In this document: piece after piece, positions 11,690 through 23,883 of the stretch | Numbering within the stretch: the first letter of the stretch is position 1 | Layout: every line of letters starts with the position of its first letter | Assembly: GCA_002269645.1 (NCBI GenBank) | Contig: NIVC01000334.1 | Span: 120,693 to 184,692, forward strand | From: Macrostomum lignano | Lineage: Eukaryota | Reading direction: 5' to 3' | DNA: 64,000 nt | Position numbers and translations under genes: made by a program | Notes under the pieces: generated by a model | The model's input: only the letters and a program-made list of their open reading frames with translations | Databases searched by the model: none | What the model was told of the DNA's origin: nothing

Positions 11690-12255
11690 AGGCAGCCCAA
11701 TGCCTTCCAAGATACCCCAATGCCTTCCAAGACACCCCAATGCCTTCCAAGACACCCCAATGCCTTCCAAGACACCCCAATGCCTTCCAAGATACCCCAA
11801 TGCCTTCCAAGACACCCCAATGCCTTCCAAGACACCCCAATGCCTTCCAAAACACCCCAATGCCTTCCGAGACACCCCAATGCCTTCCAAGACACCCCAA
11901 TGCCTTCCAAAACACCCCAATGCCTTCCAAGACACCCCAATGCCTTCCAAGACACCCCAATGCCTTCCAAGACACCCCAATGCCTTCCAAAACACCCCAA
12001 TGCCTTCCGAGACACCCCAATGCCATCCAAGACACCCCAATGCCTTCCAAGACACCCCACTGCCTTCCAAGACACCCCAATGCCTTCCAAGACACCCCAA
12101 TGCCTTCCAAGACACCCCAATGCCATCCAAGACACCCCAATGCCTCCAAGACACCCCACTGCCTTCCAAGACACCCCAATGCCTTCCAAGACACCCCAAT
12201 GCCTTCCAAGACACCCCAATGCCTTCCAAGACACCCCAGTGCCTTCCAAGACAAC
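11690..12255. repeat. 20-bp minisatellite (CCAATGCCTTCCAAGACACC)n, ~28 units
   Basis: Visible; source of the six repetitive ORFs at 11.6-12.3 kb. Confidence 0.97.
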
Positions 12256-12402
12256 CAGGTGTCCTCTAATAATTGGTTCCTAGGTGCACAATAGCCTGTT
12301 TAGCACTGAAAAAATATCTCTAATTTTTGCAAAAAAGACACCATCGCATGCAGAAAGCGGCGCCTCCATTGCGCCGGCGCCCCAGCCCTGCTTGTTCGCC
12401 AG

Positions 12403-13201
12403 CTTTGACCCGGCCGAGGGCAGGCGCCACCTGCTGGCAGCTTCGCTGCCCGAGGCTGGCCGGCGGCTGCTCCGCTGCGAGGCCGACATCGACTGGGACG
12501 ACTGGCTGGTCGGCATTCAATGCCGATGCACCGGCGATGGCAGCCAGCGACTTTACGTGGCACAGGAGTCGGTGCTGACCGCCCTGGACCTGGCCGGCCG
12601 TCCGGTTTGGTCCAGCCGGCCAGTTTCGGCCACGGCCGGCTGCCGATTGGCCGGCCTGACGGCCAGCCCGACCGAACCGAGGCTGTTCACCTACGATCGA
12701 GTCGGCCGGCGAGTGCTATCTGTTGCTATGGCAACCGGCACCTGGGCGATCGCGGTGCAGCTGGTCGAGTTTGCCGACTGGCTCGTGTCCGGACTGGCGG
12801 CCGGGCCGGACGGCCAGCTAGTGCTGTCCGACTATTGCAGCGGCCGGCTGCGCTTCGTGTCGGCCGATCCGGCGCCCGGTCGCCTGGACGCCAGCTACCC
12901 GGCCGAGGACGCCACGGAGTTTCAGCTGGCTGCCCCGGCCGGCCTGGCACTGGACTTGGCCGGCCGGGTGTTCCAGGCTGATAGTGCCGGACACGTCGTG
13001 AGGGTGATCGATGGCGTCGGGCAGCGGCTGTTGGCCACACTGGGCGGGCTGGAGTGCGGCGCCGGGCAGGACAGCGGCGACGAGGACGCCTTCCGTTGTC
13101 CGATCGGAGTGGCCCTGCTAGCGGCCGGAGATGGCCGGCAGCGGCTGGCGGTGGCGGACAGCGGCAACCACAGAGTGCAGCTGTTCGAAGTTGCCGGCTG
13201 A
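12403..13201 (+). CDS. Terminal exon encoding an NHL-repeat beta-propeller (TRIM-NHL-like protein)
   Basis: NHL-type blades: VSGLAAGPDGQLVLSDY, LAAPAGLALDLAGRVFQADSAGHVVRV, FRCPIGVAL...LAVADSGNHRVQLF, then TGA at 13199-13201. Acceptor CTTGTTCGCCAG|C (12403, phase 2); alternative GCATGCAG|AA (12354, phase 1). Confidence 0.85.
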
Positions 13202-13479
13202 TGGCCGGAGGGAGGGACTTCTTTAGGGGATTTGTAGAGATCTTTAGAGATCTAGTGTCGACTCTTGGGGGATCTATAGATGTCCCCAGGGCTCTAGAGA
13301 TCTGGACATTCTATAGAAATGTCATCCATTTTAGCATGATCCCTAAGGATGACTAAAGGATCTAAATATGACTTTTAGGAATCTAAAAATGTCTGTAAAT
13401 ATCTATAGAGGTATGTACATATACAGAATAATCTGACAGAAAATATATATCAGGGTTCAAAGATATACTTAGAGATATA

Positions 13480-14040
13480 GGGACGTCTGTACGGGTCTAA
13501 GGATGTCTCTAGGAGTCAAGGGGGTGTCTGTAAAGGTCTAAAGATGTCTGTACTTGTCTAAGAATGTCTGCACGGGTCTACCGATGTCTGTACGGGTCAA
13601 GGGATGTCTCTACGAGTCTACGGTTTATACGGGTCTAGGGAGTTCTGTACGGGTTTAAGGATGTCTGTACTGGTCTAGGGACTTCTGTACGGGTCTAGAG
13701 ACTTCTGTACGGGTCTAGGGACTTCTGTACAGGTCTAGGGACTTATGTACGGGTCTAGGGACTTATGTACGGGTCTAGGGACTTCTGTACGGGTCTAGGG
13801 ACTTCTGTACAGGTCTAGGGACTTCTGTACAGGTCTAGAGACTTCTGTACGGGTCTAGGGACTTATGTACAGGTCTAGGGACTTATGTACAGGTCTAGGG
13901 ACTTCTGTACGGGTCTAGGGACTTCTGTACGGGTCTAGGGACTTATGTACGGGTCTAGGGACTTCTGTACGGGTCTAACGATGTCTATACGAGTCTAAGG
14001 ATGTCTTCACGATCCAGAGATGTCTGAACGGGTCTAGGAA
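13480..14040. repeat. 20-bp minisatellite (GGGACTTCTGTACGGGTCTA)n with degenerate flanks
   Basis: Visible tandem array downstream of the NHL stop codon. Confidence 0.92.
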
Positions 14041-14496
14041 TGTCTTTATACATGTAGATAGCTCAGGATGTCTAGTTGGCAGAGTCTCATCAGCAGCACA
14101 GCACATTGTATTAGTTGGGTCACACTTAGCAGTCATCAGGTTCCTAGTGAATTTAATACAGAATTTAAACCTTGATAGCTAATCGTGCATTAACTCCAAG
14201 GCTGAAGATAAAATTATTATAATCATCGTTGACACGATCCATCAGCTTATTTCCAAGTTAACTTTCCATGGAAGCTTCCAGTTTGCTCTGTGTTGCAGAT
14301 ATTAACTCAATATATACTTAGAATTGTATTTAATTGTAATCCGCATCTTCCACGAGTGCTGTATCTTCTGGTTTTTACTAGATTTATAACTACAAACAAG
14401 GGCCAATTTTGCACTCTGCAAAATATATAAACAGCAGCGCCCTAAAATATAATTAACTACTTTGATATATTTTTACTTCATTCTTCAATATATGCA

Positions 14497-15005
14497 AACA
14501 CTCATTTTAGCACCGCAGGCACTCATTTTGGCGCCACAGGCACTCATTTTAGCACCGCAGGCACTCATTTTGGCGCCACAGGCACTCATTTTAGCGCCGC
14601 AGGCACTCATTTTAGCGCCGCAGGCACTCATTTTAGCACCGCAGGCACTCATTTTGGCGCCACAGGCACTCATTTTAGCGCCGCAGGCACTCATTTTAGC
14701 GCCGCAGGCACTCATTTTAGCACCGCAGGCACTCATTTTGGCGCCACAGGCACTCATTTTAGCGCCGCAGGCACTCATTTTGGCGCTACAGGCACTCATT
14801 TTAGCGCCGCAGGCACTCATTTTGGTGCCACAGACACTCATTTTGGCGCCACAGACACTCATTTTAGCGCCACAGGCACTCATTTTAGCACCGCAGGCAC
14901 TCATTTTAGCGCCACAGGCACTCATTTTAGCGCCAAAGGCACTCATTTTAGCGCCACAGGCACTCATTTTAGCGCCACAGGCACTCATTTTAGCGCCACA
15001 GGCAG
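14497..15005. repeat. 21-bp minisatellite (GCACTCATTTTAGCGCCACAG)n, ~24 units
   Basis: Visible; gives the ALILAPQ and MSACGAK repeat ORFs. Confidence 0.97.
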
Positions 15006-16117
15006 TTTTGTCGCCCTGAAGATTGATTTCAATAACGGATCACAAGGTGGGATGGGGGGGGGACAAAGCATTGGCACGTCCCCCATAGCTTTTACTGGGA
15101 TGGGGACAATGTCCCCCTGCCCCCCCCGGTGCCCCCCCATTGCGGTCAGTGCCTGAATTTACATTAATAATTGATAAGAAAGTCAAAACAAGCAAGCTGA
15201 AGCACTAAGCGTCACCTGATTTTTGTGTCTATAAATAAACCTTTTTTATTAAGCGTAAATAGTTTTTTTATAAAATAAATAGAACACAAAGCGCGTCAAT
15301 AAAAAAGCTTGGCAGAGGGTCATTGCAAGTGAGACAGGATTTCATCAGACTTAAAAGAAACCGCTTGGAAAATAAGAAGAGCAGTTAGAGCACGACAAAA
15401 TTTGAGTTTAAAAATGAAATAGGGAGATAAAAATGAAATGAATAGCGCTATAAACAGCTTTATAGGGAGGATATGCAGCACACTTGCAAGCCAGTTTTAG
15501 CTGGTTAGCACCAATAAGCAAATTTCAGTTAAAACTAATCTTCGAAATCAAGTTTTTTCGTTTTTTAACATTGATTTAGTAAAACATCCACATGACACTA
15601 CTTATGCAAGTAGAAAAGCCAGAAAATAAGCGTTTTTTACCTTATTATAATGCACTAATAAACACAGTTCGTTGTTACTTTCTTGGAAAAAAATTTTTTT
15701 GGATTAATATTTAGAGGCTGACGAATTCCGCTGTTAAGCTGATAACATTTTGTTGACATCTCGTAGGCGCGCATTTTCAGTGCCATAGGAGCGCACAGAC
15801 ACAAGAAAACCAGGCCATATTGGCTGAAGTGCGCAACAAGGCATCGGTGCATGACCCACAGGCGCGCAACTGTCTGGCTCCTCCCTGACTCTCGCCTGCA
15901 ACTCGCTTCTGATAACCAGAGACTTCTGTGACGTACTTTTGCGCTCTTGTATCATGTCCTTGGTGCACTCATGTCCAGAGTACATGGCGCTCTTATGGCA
16001 CTTCAAAGACATGCGCGCCTATTATGCACAACCATAAAGTAAGATTCTATCCGATTCGATGTTGATCCGACTTTTGCAGGAGAGGGAATGAGGCAGCAAT
16101 TTTAAGAGGCGCTGATC

Positions 16118-16600
16118 TGAGACAGGGGAGAGAGGGAGAGTGAGACAGGAGAAAGGAAGAGAGACAGGAGAGAGAGGGAAAGAGACAGGAGAGAGAGGGA
16201 GAGATAAAAGAGGAGGGAGAGAAAGACGGGGGACAAAAGGAGAGGGAGGGTGAGAGGGAGGATGCGACGGGAGAGAGGGAGGGTGAGACAGGAGAGAGGG
16301 AGGGTGAGACAGGGGAGAGGAAGGGTGAGACAGGGGAGAGGGAGGGTGAGACAGGGGAGAGATGGAGGGTGAGACAGGGGAGAGAGGGAGGGTGAGACAG
16401 GGGAGAGGAAGGGTGAGACAGGGGAGAGAGAGGGTGAGACAGGGGAGAGATGGAGGGTGAGACAGGGGAGAGATGGAGGGTGAGACAGGCGAGAGAGGGA
16501 GGGTGAGACAGGGGAGAGATGGAGGGTGAGACAGGCGAGAGAGGGAGAGAGACAGGCGAGAGAGGGAGGGTGAGACAGGGGAGAGAAGGGAGAGAGAGAG
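16118..16600. repeat. GA-rich 20-22-bp minisatellite (GAGGGTGAGACAGGGGAGAG)n
   Basis: Visible. Confidence 0.9.
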
Positions 16601-16900
16601 CTAGAGTATATACTATACGCAAGAGAAATAATATTACTTCAAGTAATACTTGCATACCATTACAATCCAAATTGAGTACACAGTTAAGCAAATTAAACAT
16701 TTAGCTCTCATTACTCATACGTGATGCAGGTGTGTCAGTGAAGGAGATTGCCGTACAACAATCAATCTGGCGGTCAAAATCAGCTGAGTGCGACTAAAAA
16801 TGAGTAAACCATATTTGCTATGACCAGTTTGTTTGCAGTGTACGCAGTGTAGGGAGCTGGATAGCGCTAGCATTTTTGTTCATCTATTGGAACTGCACTT

Positions 16901-17257
16901 CTGCTCTACCCACACCAACAGTGCTCTACCCACACCAACAGTGCTCTACCCACACCAACAGTGCTCTATCCACACCAACAGTGCTCTACCCACACCAACA
17001 GTGCTCTACCCACACCAACAGTGCTCTATCCACACCAACAGTGCTCTATCCACACCAACAGTGCTCTATCCACAACAACAGTGCTCTATCCACACCAACA
17101 GTGCTCTATCCACACCAACAGTGCTCTATCCACACCAACAGTGCTCTACCCACACCAACAGTGCTCTACCCACACCAACAGTGCTCTACCCACACCAACA
17201 GTGCTCTACCCACACCAACAGTGCTCTACCCACACCAACAGTGCTCTATCCACACCA
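16901..17257. repeat. 20-bp minisatellite (GTGCTCTACCCACACCAACA)n, ~18 units, just 3' of the kinase stop
   Basis: Visible. Confidence 0.96.
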
Positions 17258-17305
17258 GTTCCCTAACTGCGTCATACCTTTTGTTATTAAAAGTTCTTAA
17301 AGTCA

Positions 17306-17610
17306 TCAAACACCGCCGCCTCCTCCACCTTCAGCGGAGGCAGCCGCCGGATCCTCAGCCGCCGCAGTGGGTGGCGCCGCAAACTCGTGACCGGCGGCCT
17401 CCTCGGCCGTGGGCCGAAGGCTGGGCGACTTGTTCAGCAGCCGGCGCACCAGCGACTCAGCGGGATGGCTGGCCAGCAGGGACCAGTCGCAGGCGACGGT
17501 GGCCACGCGGGAGTACACCACCTGCTTTGGCTCCGACACGCTGGCGGCGAACGGCGACACGCCGGTTGCGGCGAAGAACAGAACGGCGCCCGATGACCAG
17601 AGATCGGCGG
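17306..17610 (-). CDS. Drak: DRAK/STK17-like Ser/Thr kinase, exon 4 (subdomains IX-XI and stop)
   Basis: CCCGCAG|CC acceptor, phase 1: (A)ADLWSSGAVLFFAATGVSPF...LVRRLLNKSPSLRPTAEEAAGHEF...GGV*. The join 23497-23361, 20420-20180, 19525-19216, 17610-17306 totals 993 nt = 330 aa + stop. Confidence 0.88.
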
Positions 17611-17629
17611 CTGCGGGTGGGGCGGACAG

Positions 17630-18140
17630 CCTGACTGAGACAGCGGAATGTGGACGCACAGCCTGACTGAGACAGCGGAATGTGGAGACAGTCTGACTGA
17701 GACAGCGGAATGTGGACACACACAGCCTGACTGAGACAGCGGAATGTGGACGCACAGCCTGACTGAGACAGCGGAATGTGGAGACAGACAGCCTGACTGA
17801 GACAGCGGAATGTGGAGACAGACAGCCTGACTGAGACAGAGGAGTGTGGACAGTGACAACAGTGTAAAGTGACAGCAGGATGAAGACAGTGACAGCAGAA
17901 TGGGACAGTGACAGCAGAATGAGGACAGTGACAGCAGGATGAAGACAGTGACAGCAGAATGGGACAGTGACAGCAGAATGAGGACAGTGACAGCAGGATG
18001 AAGACAGTGACAGCAGAATGGGACAGTGACAGCAGAATGAGGACAGTGACAGCAGAATGAGGACAGTGACAGCAGAATGAGGACAGTGACGGCAGAATGA
18101 GGACAGTGACAGAAGTACGTGGACAGTGACAGCAGAATAG
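17630..18140. repeat. Two adjacent minisatellites (~32-34 bp GCCTGACTGAGACAGCGGAATGTGGACGCACA; 19-20 bp GTGACAGCAGAATGAGGACA)
   Basis: Visible; kinase intron 3, ending ~20 nt from the acceptor. Confidence 0.92.
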
Positions 18141-18799
18141 AGACAGACATAGCCAAGATAGTGAAATGAAAAGTTCAGTCAAAAAGTTTCGAGAAACTTA
18201 GACTTCTTCATTAGTAAAACATCGTATTTCTAAGACAGGCGCAAAGGCTCGTGGGCATAAGCATTTAATTAAGAACCCACGCTCGATGGAATAGAGGGGC
18301 AGAGAGGACGACAGAGCCCGCCCACCCATGTCGAGCAGACGAGCAGTCTGAATGCATTATTACTAAGCACACAATTGACCGGTCTCTGAGCCTCAATATT
18401 AGCTGTTTCGCACGCTTGCTAAACAGTCTGGATGCCTCTCTGTTTCCATACTTTAGCCTAGCAACTAGGGAGGTCAACTGAGGCCAAGTTGCCATGGTCT
18501 GGAATTGTTTCCCTGCAAAACTTTCACTTTCAACTTTAAAGTAATTAACAGATTAAGCGCGAACACAATCGATTTATAAATAAGGCCAGCGACCACAATA
18601 TAATAAATACTTATCTTGAATTTGGACATTTACAAAAGTTCACACTAATCTATTGCTAGCATATTTAGCGTTTCATAAACAATTGTCTGAAAGTGAAGGC
18701 ACAGAATATACTTGTCAGCTTAATAAAGTGGTTTTGGTAGACGTCAGAAAAGAAGGAACACAATTAGAGCTTAATTAAATTAATACATTTAACTGTTAT

Positions 18800-19190
18800 C
18801 TCGGAGGCTGGCAGTGGTCCAGCAACTGAGGATCTGGGAGGCTGGCTCAGCAACTGAGGATCTGGGAGGCTGGCTCAGCAACTGAGGATCTGGGAGGCTG
18901 GCTCAGCAACTGAGGATCTGGGAGGATGGCAGTGGCCCAGCAACTGAGGATCTGGGAGGCTGGCAGTGGCCCAGCAACTGAGGATCTGGGAGGCTGGCCC
19001 AGCAACTGAGGATCTGGGAGGCTGGCCCAGCAACTGAAGATCTGGGAGGCTGGTCCAGCAACTGAGGATCTGAGAGGCTGGCTCAGCAACTGAGGATCTG
19101 GGAGGCTGGCCCAGCAACTGAGGATCTGGGAGGCTGGCCCAGCAACTGAGGATTCGGGAGGCTGGCCCAGCAACTGAGGATCTGGAAGGC
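18800..19190. repeat. 28-bp minisatellite (CAGCAACTGAGGATCTGGGAGGCTGGCC)n
   Basis: Visible; starts ~25 nt from the exon 3 donor. Confidence 0.95.
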
Positions 19191-19215
19191 TCCTCAGTCC
19201 CCAGCCCGCACTCAC

Positions 19216-19525
19216 CGAAGCTGAATGGCTCGTAGGCGAGCACCTCGGGAGCCGCATAGTCAGGTGTACCGTCCAGTGTCCGATTGGCCTCCTGCGGGCC
19301 GCCGTCGAGCCGCTTGGCCAGGCCGAAGTCGCACAGGCAGAGGTCGCAGCAGCTGGCTGAGTAGGGCGAGCGCAGCAGCAAATTGCACGGCTTCACGTCC
19401 AGGTGGCAGAGCCGCCTCTGGTGCAGGTAGGCCAAGGCGGCGAAGAGGCGAGCGGCGGCCAAACGGCAGAAGGCCAGGTGACTGGGCTGGGTCAGCTCCG
19501 ACTCGCTGAGCAGCCCGACGGCGTC
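19216..19525 (-). CDS. Drak: DRAK/STK17-like kinase, exon 3 (catalytic loop and activation segment)
   Basis: CACTCGCAG|GAC ... TTCG|GTGAGT; encodes LAYLHQRRLCHLDVKPCNLLL...CLCDFGLAKR...GTPDYAAPEVLAYEPFSF. The HLD catalytic loop and GTPxYxAPEVLxYEP are characteristic of the DAPK/DRAK group. Confidence 0.92.
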
Positions 19526-19559
19526 CTGCGAGTGACGAGGATGGAGATGGAGATTGAGG

Positions 19560-20030
19560 AACTAATGATGGGATGGGGGAAGCTGATGAAGGGATGGGGG
19601 AAGCTGATAATGGGACGGGGAATATGATGACGGGATGGGGGAAGCTGATAATGGGATTGGAAATATGATGACGGGATGGGGATATGATGACGGGATGGGG
19701 GATATGATGACGGGATGGGGGGAGCTGATAATGGGATGGGGAATATGATGACGGGATGGGGAATATGATGACGGGATGGGGGAAGCTGATAATGGGATGG
19801 GGAATATGATGACGGGATGGGGAATATGATGACGGGATGGGATCATGGGGAATATGATGACGGGATGGGAAATATGATGACGGGATGGGGGAAGCTGATA
19901 ATGGGATGGGGAATATGATGACGGGATGGGGAATATGATGACGGGATGGGGAATATGATGACGGGATGGGAAATATGATGACGGGATGGGGGAAGCTGAT
20001 AATGGGATGGAGAATATGATGACGGTTTGG
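19560..20030. repeat. 20-22-bp G-rich minisatellite (GATGACGGGATGGGGAATAT)n
   Basis: Visible; kinase intron 2. Confidence 0.93.
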
Positions 20031-20179
20031 AAGACTCTGATGACACGATTGGGAAAAATTAATGATGGGATGGCAACATTGAAGCCAGTGGAAAGAAAGC
20101 TGGTGACTCAAAGGGGAAATTCCAAGATCAAAGTATCAAATAAAAAATTCCTGTTTCAACAGGCACCGCCAGGCCGCAC

Positions 20180-20420
20180 CTGCAGACTGCCGCCGCAGCA
20201 GGCCTCCATAAGGATGATTGATTCCTGTGGCGTGGCCAGACAGGCCCGCAGCTGCACAAAGCCGGGATGCCCGCGCACAAGGCGAAGCACGGCGGCCTCT
20301 GTGTCCACCAGAGTCTTCATGCTGCGCTCGCCGCACATTCGCCGCCAGCGCTGCAGCTTGGCTGCTGACTCTTCACCAGTGGCGCGGTGCCGAATGTGCA
20401 CCACCTTGGCAAAGCGGCCC
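20180..20420 (-). CDS. Drak: DRAK/STK17-like kinase, exon 2 (Gly loop, AxK, alphaC, hinge)
   Basis: CTCGTGCAG|G ... CAG|GTGCGG; 241 nt, (R)GRFAKVVHIRHRATGEESAAKLQRWRR...DTEAAVLRL...IILMEACCGGSLQ. Confidence 0.9.
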
Positions 20421-21660
20421 CTGCACGAGTGTATTGATTAGTGGTAAATAATAATTTAGTTTGTTAGCTCATCGGGTGGCTCTTGGGTCCACAGCGACAG
20501 TCTAACTGCAGCTGGGAGGCAACCTACTCCCATGAAGCCAAGAATTTGCACACTCCATGTCTTGAATCTTGATGAAAACTGCACAACAAGGCCTTATTCT
20601 AATTCAGTGCAAAGCCACAAATGAATTAATGTACTTTTGCTAAGCTACCCCAGCCATTATGAAAATATTAAAGCTTTAGAAAGTAATTGAATAGAAAAAT
20701 TAGGACTTTTAGTATAAAAGCAGGCAGTCTAATCTTTAATAGAAGAATTAAATTTTTAAAGGCTTGCTTTTCAGTGTTTTATAACCCAAAACTGGGTTTA
20801 TAGAGTAGCCAGTTTGAGAATTTAAGCATGCAATTCATCTTTTCCATAGTATCCTTATTTTGAGCAATTGCAAAATTTTTATCAATGTTCTACTTATTAA
20901 ATTTTGCCATTGTTGTCAAATAAAATCTATTATACTTTTTATGGCACAAAGTATAAGCAACTATAGAAAGAATAGCATACCAAATACTTAGATCTATAGA
21001 CCTTTTTTCAAGCTACTCATAAGAAGAATGAAAAGCAAGCTTTTAATAGCATGATTGTCCTACTAACAATTAAAGTGTTTGTTTGTAGTCTCAATTAGAC
21101 CTAGCTTAGAGAATGTTATATATTAAACTAGTAAGATTTTTTTGGAATTCAAAACAGAAAGTATGATTTCTAACAAAATAAAATTATAATAAAACTAAAA
21201 TCATTAAGTTATTTTAGTGTTTAATCCTTGAAAATTAATAAAAAAGTATAATTTCTGCTATTTTCTATTAATTCTATTTGAAAGTGCAACATTCAATTCA
21301 AGTAGATCAAGTCTTCAAAATTTCATAAAGGAAAAAACTTTAATGTTAGAAAATAATTAGGAAAAAGTATCAAATTTAAATATATATATTTTGTCAAAGT
21401 TTATTGAGCTCAAGGACTACACTAATACAAAAAATATTACCTTGAATACTTTGAAATTATAGTGAGTTATAGAGTATTTATCTAGCTTAACAATTAAAAA
21501 AATAGAATTTTAACAAATAGAAGTGGCTACAAGTCAAAAGGGCAATAGATCAAAAGGGCAACAGTCAAAAGGGCGACAGTCAAAAGGGCGACAGTCAAAA
21601 GGGCGACAGTTACAGTGTATTTATATTGAAAATACGAGTTCCACGTACATTAAAAGTATT

Positions 21661-22300
21661 GGTTGACGGTCATTTCGTCTGCCGCCTTTTTGTCTGCCGC
21701 CTTTTTGTCTGCCAATATACAATATAGTCGTTTTGTCTGCCAATATATATAATATATAAATCGGAATAACTAATTATGTCATCAAGCTTCGCATGGAAGT
21801 GTAATGTAAATGTCTTATTAATTATAATTTATTATAATGCTAGGATTTTTCTGAAAGTTCCGGAGCTAATATGTTGCATATAAATACACAAAGCCAGAAG
21901 CAAATATCTCCAACTGTTTAGTTTCCTTCTAACTTTCTTTTTTTTCGTGTATGTAAACTCATATGCAATTTATTCACAAATACAAGTAGCTTAAATGCAG
22001 AAAGTGTAAAATGTAAGGAGCAATCAAAATTGTAGGCACAGAAAATGTAAACTCATATGCAATTTATTCACAAATACAAGTAGCTTAAAGGTTAGTTAGG
22101 TTTCATAGAAAATGAAGAAAAACAAAATGTATCAATATAAATAAGAAAACATACTTAAAACTTGCTTATACTAATTTATTTTAATTCCCTACATAAAAAT
22201 ACTAAATAAGTGAACCAAAATAAACATAAATAAAAAAGTCATTTCGTCTGCTAAAATTCTTTGGCAGACGAAAAGGCGGCAGACAAAATGACCGCAGACC
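21661..22300. mobile_element. 640-bp non-autonomous TIR element (MITE, MULE/foldback-like) nested in the outer MULE
   Basis: TIRs GGTTGACGGTCATTTCGTCTGCCGCCTTTTTGTCTGCC and GGCAGACGAAAAGGCGGCAGACAAAATGACCGCAGACC; TSD AAAGTATT at 21653-21660 and 22301-22308; AT-rich interior with a ~44-bp direct repeat. Confidence 0.88.
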
Positions 22301-22440
22301 AAAGTATTTGTTAAAAGCAGTAAACATGTATCATACTTGTATTTGTTAAAATGCGTTGTTAAAATTGTACGAGCAGTTAAAATGGGGTTGTATAAAAGCT
22401 GGACACGTATTGGACACACTATTAAATGTTAAAATGTGGT

Positions 22441-22740
22441 TCAGTGAGGTCCATTTATTTCACTAACTGCCTTCAGTAGATCATCTGCCAAGCGGTTGCC
22501 ACGCCTGAATTCTCTCCAGTATTTGAAGTACTGGGCCTGCATACTTTAGTATCTGTTGTGCTGTACGCGGCGCATTACTCCTTGGGAGAGGAGCTGCACC
22601 TCTACGGGGATCATTCCTGCTTCATTGAATAGGAGCTTGATGAGCAGGTAGAATTGGATGTTTCCTCGCTGGGCTCTGTAGTTTAGAGCGCGATGCCAGC
22701 TCTCGAGGTTTCCCATCCTTCCACTTAAGTAGTTCTTGGT
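22441..22740 (-). pseudogene. MULE transposase C-terminal fragment with an in-frame stop
   Basis: Hand translation, 100 codons: TKNYLSGRMGNLESWHRALNYRAQRGNIQFYLLIKLLFNEAGMIPVEVQLLSQGVMRRVQHNRY*SMQAQYFKYWREFRRGNRLADDLLKAVSEINGPH*. N.E.WH..LN followed by FY.L+.LL..EA matches the catalytic-Glu region of animal MULE transposases. Premature TAA at 22546-22548. Not in the ORF track. Confidence 0.8.
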
Positions 22741-23360
22741 CTAATACCCTGTCGCCCTTTTGACTGTCGCCCTTTTAACTGTCGCCCTTTTCATCTGTCG
22801 CCCTTTTGATCAGTTGCCATAGAAGTTATGCTAAATTGTATAAAATATTGTCTAGATCTAAAATTCAGGTATTTATTGTTTTAAAATGAATAAATTAGGA
22901 TTTAATATATAGAAAACTTGGGGTAGGTAGACCAACGCTGCTTCCAGGCAAGCAAAGCAAACAAAGAAGCTTCCTAGGTCTTGTCCTACGAGTAACATTT
23001 ATTATAGTATCACTTATTTATTATTTGCAATTGTAATTATCCTTAATTAAATTAAAGCCATTTTTATGATATACTGTTGTATAACTTCAATGAATGCTAG
23101 GTTTGTGCTAAATTTTAGAGTTAATAATTGGCCTATCTCAGACCCCATGACTCTGCCCTATATGGTGGCTATGCCAATATCTTAAAAAATCTTATATATT
23201 GACTAGTTGAACATTTTTCAAGAATTTATTGCAAACATACAAGCAAGGTGGGTCTTTAAACATAACAAATCTAAAACAGAGTAAGAGATAGATTTTAGCA
23301 TTGCTACAAATGCAACAAAAATAAGTTGAAAAAATAAGTTCAAAAATGTTTTTTTCTTAC

Positions 23361-23497
23361 CTTCCAAGCTCTTTTAATACATCATATGATTCGCTTAGGG
23401 ACGAAATAGTTTCAAATGTGTTTTCTTTATCATCCGAAAGACTTAAATCACCATTAATATCTAAAATGCGGGTTTCTTTACAAGCTGTTTGGGGCAT
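23361..23497 (-). CDS. Drak: DRAK/STK17-like kinase, exon 1 (ATG at 23497)
   Basis: MPQTACKE...SESYDVLKELG(R), donor AG|GTAAGA, phase 2. Joins exon 2 to give YDVLKELGRGRFAKV, a proper Gly-rich loop, at the intron position expected from ELGR/GKF in STK17 genes. Confidence 0.8.
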
Positions 23498-23883
23498 ATT
23501 TAAAGAATAATTCTTCTTTACAAACACAATAAAACTTTTATCACGTGTGCTCAAAGATTTGAAGGGTCATGATTTAAACTTTTGTGGTTTCATCGAAAAA
23601 TTTAGGGCATAAAAAAACAAAACGTGTGTAATAATTGCGCTAGGTGCTATATAAAATAAAAAAGTTACAATTTTTTTGTGAAAAATATAGTATCAATAAA
23701 AATATTTTCCTTACCATATCATTAAGCAGCTGCTAAAAGCCTCGATTTTTCATTACCCACGAATTTAAGCTGCTCGTTTTCATGGAACCCATAAGACCAT
23801 CCGAATTTCAAATCGTTCTGAGTTGATCGATTCATGGTTTATGTTATGTCCGACACTTTGTGAAGTGAATCGAAGAATTATCT
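23498..23883. promoter_or_regulatory. 386-bp intergenic region between divergent start codons (candidate bidirectional promoter); TATA-like TATATAAAA at 23648-23656
   Basis: Head-to-head ATGs at 23497 (-) and 23884 (+); AT-rich. Confidence 0.5.

Larger units (their letters stand above)
21525..22818 (-). mobile_element. Internally deleted Mutator-like (MULE) DNA transposon with tandem-subrepeat TIRs and an 8-bp TSD
   Basis: The left end GGCTACAAGTCAAAAGGGC...(CAAAAGGGCGACAG)n and the right end (CTGTCGCCCTTTTGA)n...CAGTTGCC are inverted. Direct repeat ATAGAAGT at 21517-21524 and 22819-22826. Carries a transposase C-terminal fragment. Confidence 0.85.

Noticed and set aside
15030-15147. G/C-run-rich segment ending CAGTGCCTG, like an hAT-MITE terminus
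   Set aside because: I could not find a matching opposite TIR or a TSD.
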